The notes under the pieces are model-generated. The model was not told the DNA's origin and did not search any database. It saw nothing but the letters and a program-made list of their open reading frames with translations. Positions 19,322-27,730 of a stretch of DNA of 64,000 nt are shown here, in pieces (the stretch's first letter is position 1; each line of letters opens with the position of its first letter). Where the stretch lies: NCBI GenBank assembly GCA_013215815.1, contig JABSQP010000009.1:4598-68597 (forward strand), read 5' to 3'. The DNA is from Alphaproteobacteria bacterium. GTDB lineage: Bacteria; Pseudomonadota; Alphaproteobacteria; Micavibrionales; Micavibrionaceae. Position numbers and translations under genes: made by a program.

Positions 19322-19911
19322 GCAGCGTGCCCCGCATATTGATATTGCGGCCTGTTATGCAAGCCTGCAGGCAAGAGCTTAAACATCATTAATAGAAAAA
19401 CGACTTCGAAGAATGGAATTTTATCTCGCTCTTTCCTGATGTTTTGAGCACGTTTCATGTTTTTTACGTGCTGAAGCATTTGCATTTTATGAGCAAGAGC
19501 CAGCGCTTTCTTTTTCTCTTTCTCTTCTTTGTTTTCTTTTATTTTTCTTGCAGATGCACGCATCATATTCTGAGCTTTTGCCATCATTTCTCTGCTTGCG
19601 CGCACTTCCATTAAACGTGTTTGCATCGCACACCAAGCGCTATCCATCATATCTGCAGCTACTTCTGTCATGGCATCATCTGCGCCATTTTCACGGACCA
19701 AACGCTCATGATAGGCTTTGGCATTTAGAAATTCATTTTGAAGGTGCGCCAACACCTCGTCCATTGACGCAAAAGAATCTATCTCGGAAAGAGGTGTTTG
19801 ACATTTTTCTACAAAATCATCGCTTGGCGCAGGTGTCGCTATTACTAGCTCTCCCTTAGCCATCTCATTCATGATGTTTTGTAGTGATAAGTCTGACAAA
19901 AAAGCCCCCAA
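19318..19911 (-). CDS. Hypothetical protein with K/E-rich helix and hydrophobic C-terminus
   Basis: 197-aa ORF with a TTG start. ATG alternatives lie at MNEMAKG. I recognise no family. Confidence 0.4.
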   Translation of the reverse strand: MGAFLSDLSLQNIMNEMAKGELVIATPAPSDDFVEKCQTPLSEIDSFASMDEVLAHLQNEFLNAKAYHERLVRENGADDAMTEVAADMMDSAWCAMQTRLMEVRASREMMAKAQNMMRASARKIKENKEEKEKKKALALAHKMQMLQHVKNMKRAQNIRKERDKIPFFEVVFLLMMFKLLPAGLHNRPQYQYAGHAA

Positions 19912-19991
19912 AACTGTTGTCTTGAGGGCATTATGAAGAAAAAGCTTTACGATTTCGTTAAAATCTATTTTTTCCTATATTTTTCAATATG

Positions 19992-20285
19992 TTACTCCAT
20001 GCCGATGGCAGACATATACAGATCTAAAAGCTCATCTTCTTCACGGCGTTTTTCTACTTCCATCTTACGAAGCTTTAAAACACGACGCATAATCTTAACC
20101 TCAAAACCCGCTGCCTTCGCCTCTGCAAAAACTTCCTTGATATCTTCAGCTATAGCCGCCTTTTCTTCTTCCAAACGCTCAATACGCTCAAAGAAAGAAA
20201 TCAGGCGCTTACCTGCTACGCCTCCTACATCATCAGCCTCTTTTGATTCACCTGATGGAAATTCCGCTACATTCGCTTCGCTCAT
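19992..20285 (-). CDS. GapR-like DUF2312 (UPF0335) nucleoid-associated protein
   Basis: MSEANVAEF...LISFFERIERLEEEKAAIAEDIKEVFAEAKAAGFEVKIMRRVLKLRKM matches the DUF2312/GapR pattern. The ATG at 20285 is preceded by SD GAGGA. The longer ORF-track start is rejected. Confidence 0.8.
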   Translation of the reverse strand: MSEANVAEFPSGESKEADDVGGVAGKRLISFFERIERLEEEKAAIAEDIKEVFAEAKAAGFEVKIMRRVLKLRKMEVEKRREEDELLDLYMSAIGME

Positions 20286-20379
20286 AGTCTCGTGTCCTCT
20301 AATTTGTATGATTATTCCTGTTAAACCAAATAGGGCCGCCATATGCGACCCCTTTTTTTATTTTTTATACAGAAAAAAC

Positions 20380-21009
20380 TCAGCGCATTGCCTGAGCTTG
20401 CCAGACATCAATTTGAACGCCACTCTCAGAGATACTTTTATCAACACGGCGGACTTGCAAACTTAACTTCACTTTACGGTTAGTAATCTGCCCATCAATC
20501 CTTGATTTAAAGCTAATAGAAACCGGCATACTGGCCTGCCATCTATAGATACCTTGATATTCAACACCTTTAGGCACATAAGGGCTTTGTTCGAAGAACA
20601 AACCAGCTTTATACGTTCCGCTTTGTATTGCCTTCACAATGCCTGCCGTTTCCAAATAGTTTTTATACTGCTCGTATCCATTTGTGGTAAAATAAGAACG
20701 CACACTCTTTATAACGCGATCATAGTCTTGACCCGAAAAGGTCAAAGCCTCAGAAACCGTAACACTGAGCCAATTTTGTATTTCTTTGTTATTTACATGC
20801 GGCTTCGATAAAGGCGCATCACTTTGCAAATTTAAAATGGCGTTACTCTGTACAGGCCTTACGTTCTGCTCAAAAGGTGCCACATCTGAACGCATCGGAG
20901 GATTCAAGAGCTCCGTCATATACGCATAGTAAATAACACCAATAAAAGCGAAGAAGGCTATAAGGAAAGCAAATCGATAAACAAACTTTTGATACCAAAA
21001 CATAATCAT
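20380..21009 (-). CDS. N-terminally anchored membrane protein with IcmL/DotI-like domain
   Basis: 209 aa with one TM (FAFLIAFFAFIGVIYYAY). The pattern W.....EALTFS..DYD.....V..YFT..GY..Y...L...G............P...G.....G.Y.W....P....F resembles IcmL/DotI-family proteins. It starts 3 nt after the COQ9-like gene. Confidence 0.45.
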   Translation of the reverse strand: MIMFWYQKFVYRFAFLIAFFAFIGVIYYAYMTELLNPPMRSDVAPFEQNVRPVQSNAILNLQSDAPLSKPHVNNKEIQNWLSVTVSEALTFSGQDYDRVIKSVRSYFTTNGYEQYKNYLETAGIVKAIQSGTYKAGLFFEQSPYVPKGVEYQGIYRWQASMPVSISFKSRIDGQITNRKVKLSLQVRRVDKSISESGVQIDVWQAQAMR

Positions 21010-21012
21010 AGC

Positions 21013-21630
21013 TTATTGTACCTTGCTGCTCTTATTAGGAAAGAAGGATTTTATCTTGCCTGCGAACTTACCAATTTTCATGACATCATTAATACGACGC
21101 TCTAAAAATGCGCAAGTATCATTCATGTCCGTCGATTCATCATTAAACCAATAGAGTGTCGTCGATGTAATAACTCCAGAAAGCAACGCTCGCTTCGTAT
21201 AATGGTTATAATCCTTAGAGGTATCTCCAGCCCATTCCCAAATATGATCAGCTGTGCGCCATACAATTTTTCCACCCTCTACCTTAAGAAGTGGCCTTGC
21301 CCAATAACCCGCAGATGCCTGAACACAGTCTCTATAAGGGATGAGAGCTCTTAAACGTAGTTCAACAGCTTTAGCTACACGGTCACGAACGCGTAAATCA
21401 TCTGGATTATACTCTTTTAAGGCCTCAAGCATTTGGCGGTCTGCCCAATCAGAAAAGTGGGCCAGTGCATCCGTTAACTTTTCTGGAAAAACGGCATCAG
21501 CCATTTCCGGTTTATGACCAGATTTTTCCGCCGCAGCGCGAATGCCATCCCACGCCCATCCATCGAATGGAACATCTTCCAATGCGGCCAAAATAATCTG
21601 ATCTTGAATATCGAGAGTCGCTTCATCCAT
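21013..21630 (-). CDS. COQ9 family protein (rpsU-divergently-transcribed protein type)
   Basis: 205 aa. IILAALEDVPFDGW...RVRDRV...R..AL.PY...GYWA...DHIW...GD.S.D.N.YTKR..L..V...T..YW matches the bacterial COQ9-like family. Confidence 0.7.
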   Translation of the reverse strand: MDEATLDIQDQIILAALEDVPFDGWAWDGIRAAAEKSGHKPEMADAVFPEKLTDALAHFSDWADRQMLEALKEYNPDDLRVRDRVAKAVELRLRALIPYRDCVQASAGYWARPLLKVEGGKIVWRTADHIWEWAGDTSKDYNHYTKRALLSGVITSTTLYWFNDESTDMNDTCAFLERRINDVMKIGKFAGKIKSFFPNKSSKVQ

Positions 21631-21724
21631 CTCCTATTTATGCCCGATTACAGGCCATTTGTATAGTGTACTTTCAGTAACGAAAACGCTGGAATTTTAT
21701 AGTTTTTTCAGTCATTCTTAGCGC

Positions 21725-23068
21725 ATGGAAAAACGCGATGAAGAACAAAGCACACTAGGGGGCCGTTTGGCCAGATATGGTAAGGTCTCAGGTGCTATGG
21801 CTGGCCTTGCTGCTAAACTTGTTGGTGAGAAATATCTCGGCATAGACATCAAAAAAGATGAACATGCGCAAGAGCTCATGATGGCTTTGGGCAATCTTAA
21901 AGGCCCGTTGATGAAAGTGGGACAAATCCTAGCGACTATCCCGGAAGCCCTCCCAAGTGAGTACGCACAAACATTCCAGCAACTTCAATCAAATGCCCCA
22001 CCTATGGGATGGCCTTTTGTGCGCCGCCGTATGAAAGCGGAGCTTGGCACTGACTGGCAATCAAAATTTGCGAACTTTGAGAAAGAAGCTGCTGCAGCTG
22101 CGTCTCTCGGCCAAGTCCACAAAGCAACAACACATGACGGGCAGGCCATCGCGTGTAAATTGCAATATCCTGATATGCACAGCGCTATTGAAGCAGACCT
22201 AAGGCAGCTCAAACTGATTTTCTCACTCTATGAGCGCTACGATAAAGCCATTCAGACAGAAAACATTCACGCTGAACTCGCTGCGCGTCTGAAAGAAGAG
22301 CTCGATTATAAGTTAGAGGCAAAATATACAAGCCTCTATGCACATATGCTGGATAATGAACTAAATGTTCACGTACCTGGCATTATTGATGAGCTATCGA
22401 CCGATCGACTCATCAGTAGTACGTGGTTAGACGGCAATAAAATTCTAGATTACAAAGATGCGCCGGCAGAGCAGCGCAATACAATTGCCATGAACCTTTT
22501 CCGCGCATGGTATGTGCCGTTTTATTATTACGGCATTATTCATGGCGACCCACATTTGGGGAATTATTCGGTTCGTAAAGATGATCTCTCGATTAACCTA
22601 CTCGACTTTGGATGCGTTCGTATCTTTCCGCCGGAGTTTGTTGGCGGCGTTATCGATCTTTATAAAGCACTCCAAGAAAATGACACTGCACGCGCCGTTC
22701 ACGCCTATGAAACTTGGGGGTTTGAAAATCTAAATAATGAACAGGTTGAAACCCTCAACATCTGGGCGCGTTTCCTTTACGGCCCTATTCTAGAAGACAA
22801 AGTTCGTCCGATCGGTGAAGTCACAAACGGCATTTATGGACGTGAAATTGCCGAACAAGTGCATAAAAAACTCCGTGAAGTTGGTGGCGTAAAAGTGCCA
22901 CGTGAATTCGTCTTTATGGATCGCGCCGCCCTTGGCCTTGGATCCGTCTTCCTTCACCTCAAAGCTGAGATAAACTGGTATCAGGTATTTAATGAACTGA
23001 TTGATGGATTTGATTTAGCCGTGCTTGAGAAGAAGCAGTCAGAAATACTTTCGAATTTCTCTCTCTAA
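21725..23068 (+). CDS. ABC1/UbiB/COQ8-type atypical kinase
   Basis: 447 aa with the KxGQ motif (MKVGQILATIPEALP), AAASLGQVHKA, HGDPHLGN and LLDFG. Confidence 0.85.
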   Translation: MEKRDEEQSTLGGRLARYGKVSGAMAGLAAKLVGEKYLGIDIKKDEHAQELMMALGNLKGPLMKVGQILATIPEALPSEYAQTFQQLQSNAPPMGWPFVRRRMKAELGTDWQSKFANFEKEAAAAASLGQVHKATTHDGQAIACKLQYPDMHSAIEADLRQLKLIFSLYERYDKAIQTENIHAELAARLKEELDYKLEAKYTSLYAHMLDNELNVHVPGIIDELSTDRLISSTWLDGNKILDYKDAPAEQRNTIAMNLFRAWYVPFYYYGIIHGDPHLGNYSVRKDDLSINLLDFGCVRIFPPEFVGGVIDLYKALQENDTARAVHAYETWGFENLNNEQVETLNIWARFLYGPILEDKVRPIGEVTNGIYGREIAEQVHKKLREVGGVKVPREFVFMDRAALGLGSVFLHLKAEINWYQVFNELIDGFDLAVLEKKQSEILSNFSL

Positions 23069-23075
23069 AATAAAA

Positions 23076-23101
23076 AAGGGCACTTGATAAGAAGTGCCCT
23101 T
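23076..23101. terminator. Hairpin terminator, probably bidirectional
   Basis: A 10-bp stem AAGGGCACTT/AAGTGCCCTT with a 6-nt loop. It has an A-run on the left (a U-run for minus-strand transcripts) and only a weak U-tract on the right. Confidence 0.5.
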
Positions 23102-23393
23102 GTGTTGAACAAAAACGTCCTCTACGAAAACCATTTTAGGATATTAAATCCTAGGTTCAGGCAAAGTTTATTGTTACTTGCCCAACTGGCTTCGAGTCGA
23201 ATAGTTAAAGACATTGCTTTACTCCCCTACTCACTTGCATGAGACTCTTGATGTAGTCACTACATGCGCTAAGCCAGAATTAGGGGTTTGAGTTTTATCA
23301 CTAAGATCCCTTAACTCTGTGACTATTTCTTAAATCAATATATTGTTATAATTAACTAATGTCAATACTATATATTGTGCATTTGGTGATAAA

Positions 23394-23470
23394 TGGCGCG
23401 CCCGGGAGGATTTGAACCCCCGGCCTTTGGCTCCGGAAACCAACGCTCTATCCAACTGAGCTACGGGCGC
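23394..23470 (-). tRNA. tRNA-Arg (anticodon CCG)
   Basis: The reverse complement GCGCCCGTAGCTCAGTTGGATAGAGCGTTGGTTTCCGGAGCCAAAGGCCGGGGGTTCAAATCCTCCCGGGCGCGCCA folds as a cloverleaf. The anticodon loop is TTCCGGA and the CCA end is encoded. Confidence 0.9.
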
Positions 23471-23588
23471 ATTAGTAGCTTTGTATAGCAAAAACCGTTA
23501 ATTTCAAAGCCATACAGACAAAGTTTCTGAATTCCCTCATATTACGGTATAATAAACATATAAGGCGGTTAAATAGGGGAAAATAATC

Positions 23589-24602
23589 ATGTGCGCGACA
23601 GATATAAAAACAGGATCAATGCGCAATCCTGTTTTCGACAGTTTTTTTATCTTTCTTCCTCTTGCTGTAGCTATTGTTTGTGCCATCTTTCTAAAAAACG
23701 ATCCAACTCAAACCTATCTGGCTATTGCAGGTGTATTTTGGATTGCCAGTAATACACACGCTTTTATGACCTACGTCAAAGCAATGTGGGATCAACCTAG
23801 TAGAAAAAAATATATGCCTTTTTTCACATGGATCCCCCTACTCATTTTTATATCGTGTGTGTCTATATGGTCTCTAGCAGGTGGTGCAGCGCTTGTGAGC
23901 ATATATTATTACACTCAGCTTTTTCATTATGTGAGGCAAAGTTACGGTCTAGGCGGCATCTATAGGAAATGCTCGAACGACACAACGCCAAGCTGGCTTC
24001 ATCAAAGCATCATTTACATGTTTCCTTTCTGGGCATTACTCCTATCCATGCATCATGGGTTTTCATTTTTTAAGTTCGAAGTATACAGCTTCAGCATAGG
24101 CATACCTTTGATTACTATCTTTGGCCTAGCAACAAGCATGGTTGTTCTTATTTGGTTAGGGCATCAAATTAAAAACGTAATCCAGCGCACATTTTCAATG
24201 TGGTACTTCTTATATGTAATCACTCATTTTATCGTTTTTTACATTGGTTTAATCTACTTCGAAGATAAAACACAAGGTTGGGCATGCATGGCATTCTGGC
24301 ATGGAATACAATATGTTTTATTTGTCTGGAATCACTTCGAACGTATTTCTGGCAAAGATGCAGAAGGTAAAATAACATTATTTAAGCCAGTCGCAAAAAA
24401 TGTTGTTTTGTTCACTCTAGTATGTGGCATAACCTCTAGCGGCACAATATATCTAATCAAAATCTTACTATCTGGCGCCTTTATATGGGCCGTTCCAGTC
24501 TTTTTTACATTTACGCTCATGCTTAATTTTAATCACTACCTACTTGATGCCATTATCTGGCGTAGGCCCAAGCAAAAAGAAAAAGTAGCGAAACAAACCT
24601 AA
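23589..24602 (+). CDS. Polytopic membrane protein with conserved-looking His motifs (unknown family)
   Basis: 337 aa with about 9 TM helices. Motifs are NTHAF, LFHYVRQSYG, FWHGIQYV and NFNHYLLDAIIWRR. Alternative start at 23619 (MRNPVF). Confidence 0.5.
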   Translation: MCATDIKTGSMRNPVFDSFFIFLPLAVAIVCAIFLKNDPTQTYLAIAGVFWIASNTHAFMTYVKAMWDQPSRKKYMPFFTWIPLLIFISCVSIWSLAGGAALVSIYYYTQLFHYVRQSYGLGGIYRKCSNDTTPSWLHQSIIYMFPFWALLLSMHHGFSFFKFEVYSFSIGIPLITIFGLATSMVVLIWLGHQIKNVIQRTFSMWYFLYVITHFIVFYIGLIYFEDKTQGWACMAFWHGIQYVLFVWNHFERISGKDAEGKITLFKPVAKNVVLFTLVCGITSSGTIYLIKILLSGAFIWAVPVFFTFTLMLNFNHYLLDAIIWRRPKQKEKVAKQT

Positions 24603-24640
24603 TCATTCCGCTACTCAGCAATTAAATATCTAATCAAGTT

Positions 24641-25084
24641 CTATGCAGCTTGCTGCTTGTTATCCTGACAACCCGCCGTGATCTGTTGCTGCGTTTGACC
24701 AACATTTGGACGGCTGACAGATTGTGCCAAATCACCCATAGAAACAACGCCAACAAGACGCTTATCACGATTGACGACAGGAAGACGGCGCACTTGAATT
24801 TCACCGAGATTATTACAAACCTCTTCAATATCCTGATCGTCATAACAGTAATATGTTTTTGGCGTCATCACATCACGCGCTGTCGTGTTTTGCGGGTCTT
24901 TACCCGCAGCAATTGCGCGCACTGTAATATCACGATCTGTGACCATACCAATCAGGCGATCATTTTCACCAACCGGCACAAAGCCAATATCTTTAGCTTG
25001 CATCACTTGGGCGACTTTTGAAACAAGCGAGTCTGGTGCAACCCACTCACAATCTGGAGTCATTACATCTTTAATCTGGGTCAT
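24641..25084 (-). CDS. CBS-pair domain protein
   Basis: 147 aa with two CBS repeats (IKDVMTPD...VPVGENDRLIGMVTDRDI and ARDVMTPK...LPVVNRDKRLVGVVSMGDL). Confidence 0.85.
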   Translation of the reverse strand: MTQIKDVMTPDCEWVAPDSLVSKVAQVMQAKDIGFVPVGENDRLIGMVTDRDITVRAIAAGKDPQNTTARDVMTPKTYYCYDDQDIEEVCNNLGEIQVRRLPVVNRDKRLVGVVSMGDLAQSVSRPNVGQTQQQITAGCQDNKQQAA

Positions 25085-25169
25085 AGTATTCCCCTTTCAG
25101 CTATATGTTGAATGGGGGTACTAAACCACAAAAACCGCAGAATTTCAATGTTTTGCCTAATTTAGGCGT

Positions 25170-26102
25170 TTACGCAGCGCGCGTAAGTTGTAAAAAGACA
25201 TCTTCTAAATCACTCTCATCCGTTGAAATATCACAGATTTCAAGCTTTGCCTTTTGCAGAATATCAATAATCTCACCAACACATTGATCCTGCGGAGAAT
25301 AACGCATTACAAGTGTACGGCGCCCTTCTTTTGCTGCATTAAATTTCTCTAGGCCATTGGGAACGTCAACGATTTCATCCGCCAAACGAAAACGTATTTC
25401 TTTGTTATCAATACGCGCGAGTAGTGTTTCTTTTTCTTCGTTCGCAACGATCTCTCCATGATTAATAATCGCGATACGATCACATAATTCTTCTGCTTCT
25501 TCTAAATAGTGCGTTGTTAAAACAATCGTAACACCTTCGTCATTGAGACGACGCACATTCTCCCAAAGCATCTGACGAAGCTCTACATCGACACCTGCTG
25601 TTGGTTCATCCAAAACCAAAATTGGCGGAGAATGTGCAAGCGCTTTAGCAACCATCAAGCGGCGTTTCATACCGCCAGATAATGCACGTGAATATGAATC
25701 CCCCTTATCCGCAAGCTCCACCATTTTAAGAAGCTCTTCAGTGCGACGTTCATTCTTTGGCACACCATAAAGGCCCGCTTGAATATCGAGAAGCTGGCGC
25801 GGTGTAAAGAAAGGGTCAAAATTAATCTCTTGCGGAACAATACCAATTGCCGCTTTTGCATTACGCGGCTTTTCATCAATGTCTAAATCCCAGATTTTAA
25901 CGCCGCCTGATGTCTTTAAAACAAGCCCCGCCAAAATATTAATCGTTGTCGATTTTCCTGCACCATTCGGCCCTAACAGACCAAAGATAGAGCCTTTAGG
26001 AATATTCAAGTCAATATCCTTTAGCGCCACTTTTGCTTCGGCTTTTTTACCGGCAGCTTTGTAAGTTTTATTTAGTTTTGAAATCTCAATCGCGTTTTGC
26101 AT
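25170..26102 (-). CDS. ABC transporter ATP-binding protein (ABC-2/NatA-like)
   Basis: Walker A GPNGAGKST, signature LSGGMKRR, Walker B ILVLDEPTAG and H-loop TTHY, plus a C-terminal accessory domain. Its start overlaps the upstream stop as TAATG. Confidence 0.9.
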   Translation of the reverse strand: MQNAIEISKLNKTYKAAGKKAEAKVALKDIDLNIPKGSIFGLLGPNGAGKSTTINILAGLVLKTSGGVKIWDLDIDEKPRNAKAAIGIVPQEINFDPFFTPRQLLDIQAGLYGVPKNERRTEELLKMVELADKGDSYSRALSGGMKRRLMVAKALAHSPPILVLDEPTAGVDVELRQMLWENVRRLNDEGVTIVLTTHYLEEAEELCDRIAIINHGEIVANEEKETLLARIDNKEIRFRLADEIVDVPNGLEKFNAAKEGRRTLVMRYSPQDQCVGEIIDILQKAKLEICDISTDESDLEDVFLQLTRAA

Positions 26103-27064
26103 TAAGCGGCTTTCATTTGGCTTTCATAGGTTGCATTGTCCCCTAGATAAGCCTTTAAACCACCCTCCGTCAACCACTCTTGTGCTGCTTTATTACCCTT
26201 CAGGTAAGCGTCCCAATAAGCTAGTGATGTGATCTTAATAATTGCCTCATGCGTTTTACGATTAGAGGTGTGCCCTAGTTTTCCTCGCGAACCTGCAAAT
26301 ACCATATGATCCCCATCTTTAAGAACCAGTAAATGCTTTTCGGTACTTGTGTTCTCATAGACAGTCAAACGCATTTCATATCCCAAATCAGAAAGCGGTG
26401 ATCCATCTTCTGTACCCGTCATATGAAAGAGAGGAATACTAATGCTTGGGTAAACCTCCTTTGGATCCATATCTCCTAAATGCTCAATTGAACCAGGACT
26501 ATAGAGAATGCCCGCTTTAAAACGCGGCTCTTTCAAATCAAGTAAGTTCCCTTTCGCATCAGGAAAGCGCATCCCTGCCATCACTTGCGTGGTTAAAGCA
26601 CCAAAAGAATGTCCCGACATCCCAAGCGTCGATAAATCAGCATGTAAGCCGACTTCTGGATTTTCTTCCATCCATCGTGGCAGCTGATTAAGAACAAAGG
26701 GTATATCGGCATAACGATTTAACGTTGTCTCGCGTGTAATGTGCGTTGCACGTATAACATCCCACGGATGCCCAGGCTTACCTTCCCAAATACTGCTATC
26801 TGTGCCCAGATGCTGCACATGCACCATGACATAGCCATGCGCTGCGACAAAGCGGGATAAAAAAGCCGCACCATCAGCGCTTCCCCCCAAGCCATGCGAC
26901 CATACAATCACTGGTAGGTTCGTCATTGTGTGGTTTACAGGGTAATAGGCCTTAATTTTAACAGGACGGTTACCGCGCGCTTCATCAATAAGCTCATCGC
27001 GCGCAATCATGACCTTATGTGGTTCATGATCGGGATCAAGACCTTCTGCCCAAAACATTGTCAT
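26102..27064 (-). CDS. Alpha/beta hydrolase (dienelactone hydrolase / PAF-acetylhydrolase-like)
   Basis: 320 aa with oxyanion region VWSHGLGGS, nucleophile elbow GHSFGA and late DGDH. Confidence 0.7.
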   Translation of the reverse strand: MTMFWAEGLDPDHEPHKVMIARDELIDEARGNRPVKIKAYYPVNHTMTNLPVIVWSHGLGGSADGAAFLSRFVAAHGYVMVHVQHLGTDSSIWEGKPGHPWDVIRATHITRETTLNRYADIPFVLNQLPRWMEENPEVGLHADLSTLGMSGHSFGALTTQVMAGMRFPDAKGNLLDLKEPRFKAGILYSPGSIEHLGDMDPKEVYPSISIPLFHMTGTEDGSPLSDLGYEMRLTVYENTSTEKHLLVLKDGDHMVFAGSRGKLGHTSNRKTHEAIIKITSLAYWDAYLKGNKAAQEWLTEGGLKAYLGDNATYESQMKAA

Positions 27065-27073
27065 TGGAAATGC

Positions 27074-27574
27074 TTACTTCTTACGGAATTGGTCGAGAGA
27101 AACCACTTCGCCTTTTTTACCATCGTCAGAAGAAGAGCCTGCGCTCTCATCATCTGTACCTGTCGGATCATCATCCGGTTCAAAATCAGGATCTACACTT
27201 TCTTCTAACGGTTGGAACTGAAGCGCAAAGTTGACCGAAGGGTCAGCAAAGATCGTAATTGCTGCTAATGGAATTTCTAATTTCTCTGGTACATTGTTGA
27301 ATGACAACGTCACTTGCATTTTCTCATCATCAACATACAAATCATAAAATTGAAACTGTAAAACGATAGTCATTTCCCCCGGGTAACGTTCCTTTAAATA
27401 TTCAGGAATGTTTACACCCGGAAAATCCGTCATAAATGTAATATAGAAGTGATGGTCGCCAGGAAGACCGTCTTCCATAACCTCTTCTATGGCATGACGA
27501 ACAACACCGCGTAATGCTTGTTCAACCATCTTATCGTAGCGTAGAATATCTTCGTCTTCTGTGATGTCGTTCAT
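27074..27574 (-). CDS. sspB: ClpXP adaptor SspB (alphaproteobacterial type)
   Basis: MNDITEDEDILRYDKMVEQALRGVV...GDHHFYITF...V.IP..L...YP.EMTIVLQ.QF..L matches SspB, with an acidic tail and a basic C-terminus. The ATG at 27574 is preferred to the TTG at 27640. Confidence 0.7.
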   Translation of the reverse strand: MNDITEDEDILRYDKMVEQALRGVVRHAIEEVMEDGLPGDHHFYITFMTDFPGVNIPEYLKERYPGEMTIVLQFQFYDLYVDDEKMQVTLSFNNVPEKLEIPLAAITIFADPSVNFALQFQPLEESVDPDFEPDDDPTGTDDESAGSSSDDGKKGEVVSLDQFRKK

Positions 27575-27730
27575 AATTAGCCCGTTTTGAAAATTTTCTT
27601 TTCGTATGAATAGTTTAGAGAGCCGCGGAAAGCGGCGCAAGACATTTATAGGAATCGCATATTCGCGCAGCGAAAGCCAATAGAATAAATACCATAACGC
27701 CGAGTTTCTGTGGACAAGTGAAAGAGCGCC

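Noticed and set aside
20380-21009. The IcmL/DotI-like protein as evidence for a type IVB secretion system in this window
   Set aside because: No other Dot/Icm or Vir genes are nearby, and the gene is operonic with a COQ9-like gene. It is treated as an orphan domain instead.
23102-23393. Genomic island or prophage scar at the 3' end of tRNA-Arg
   Set aside because: There is no integrase remnant and I could find no direct repeat of the tRNA 3' end. It is retained only as one possible explanation in a low-interest finding.
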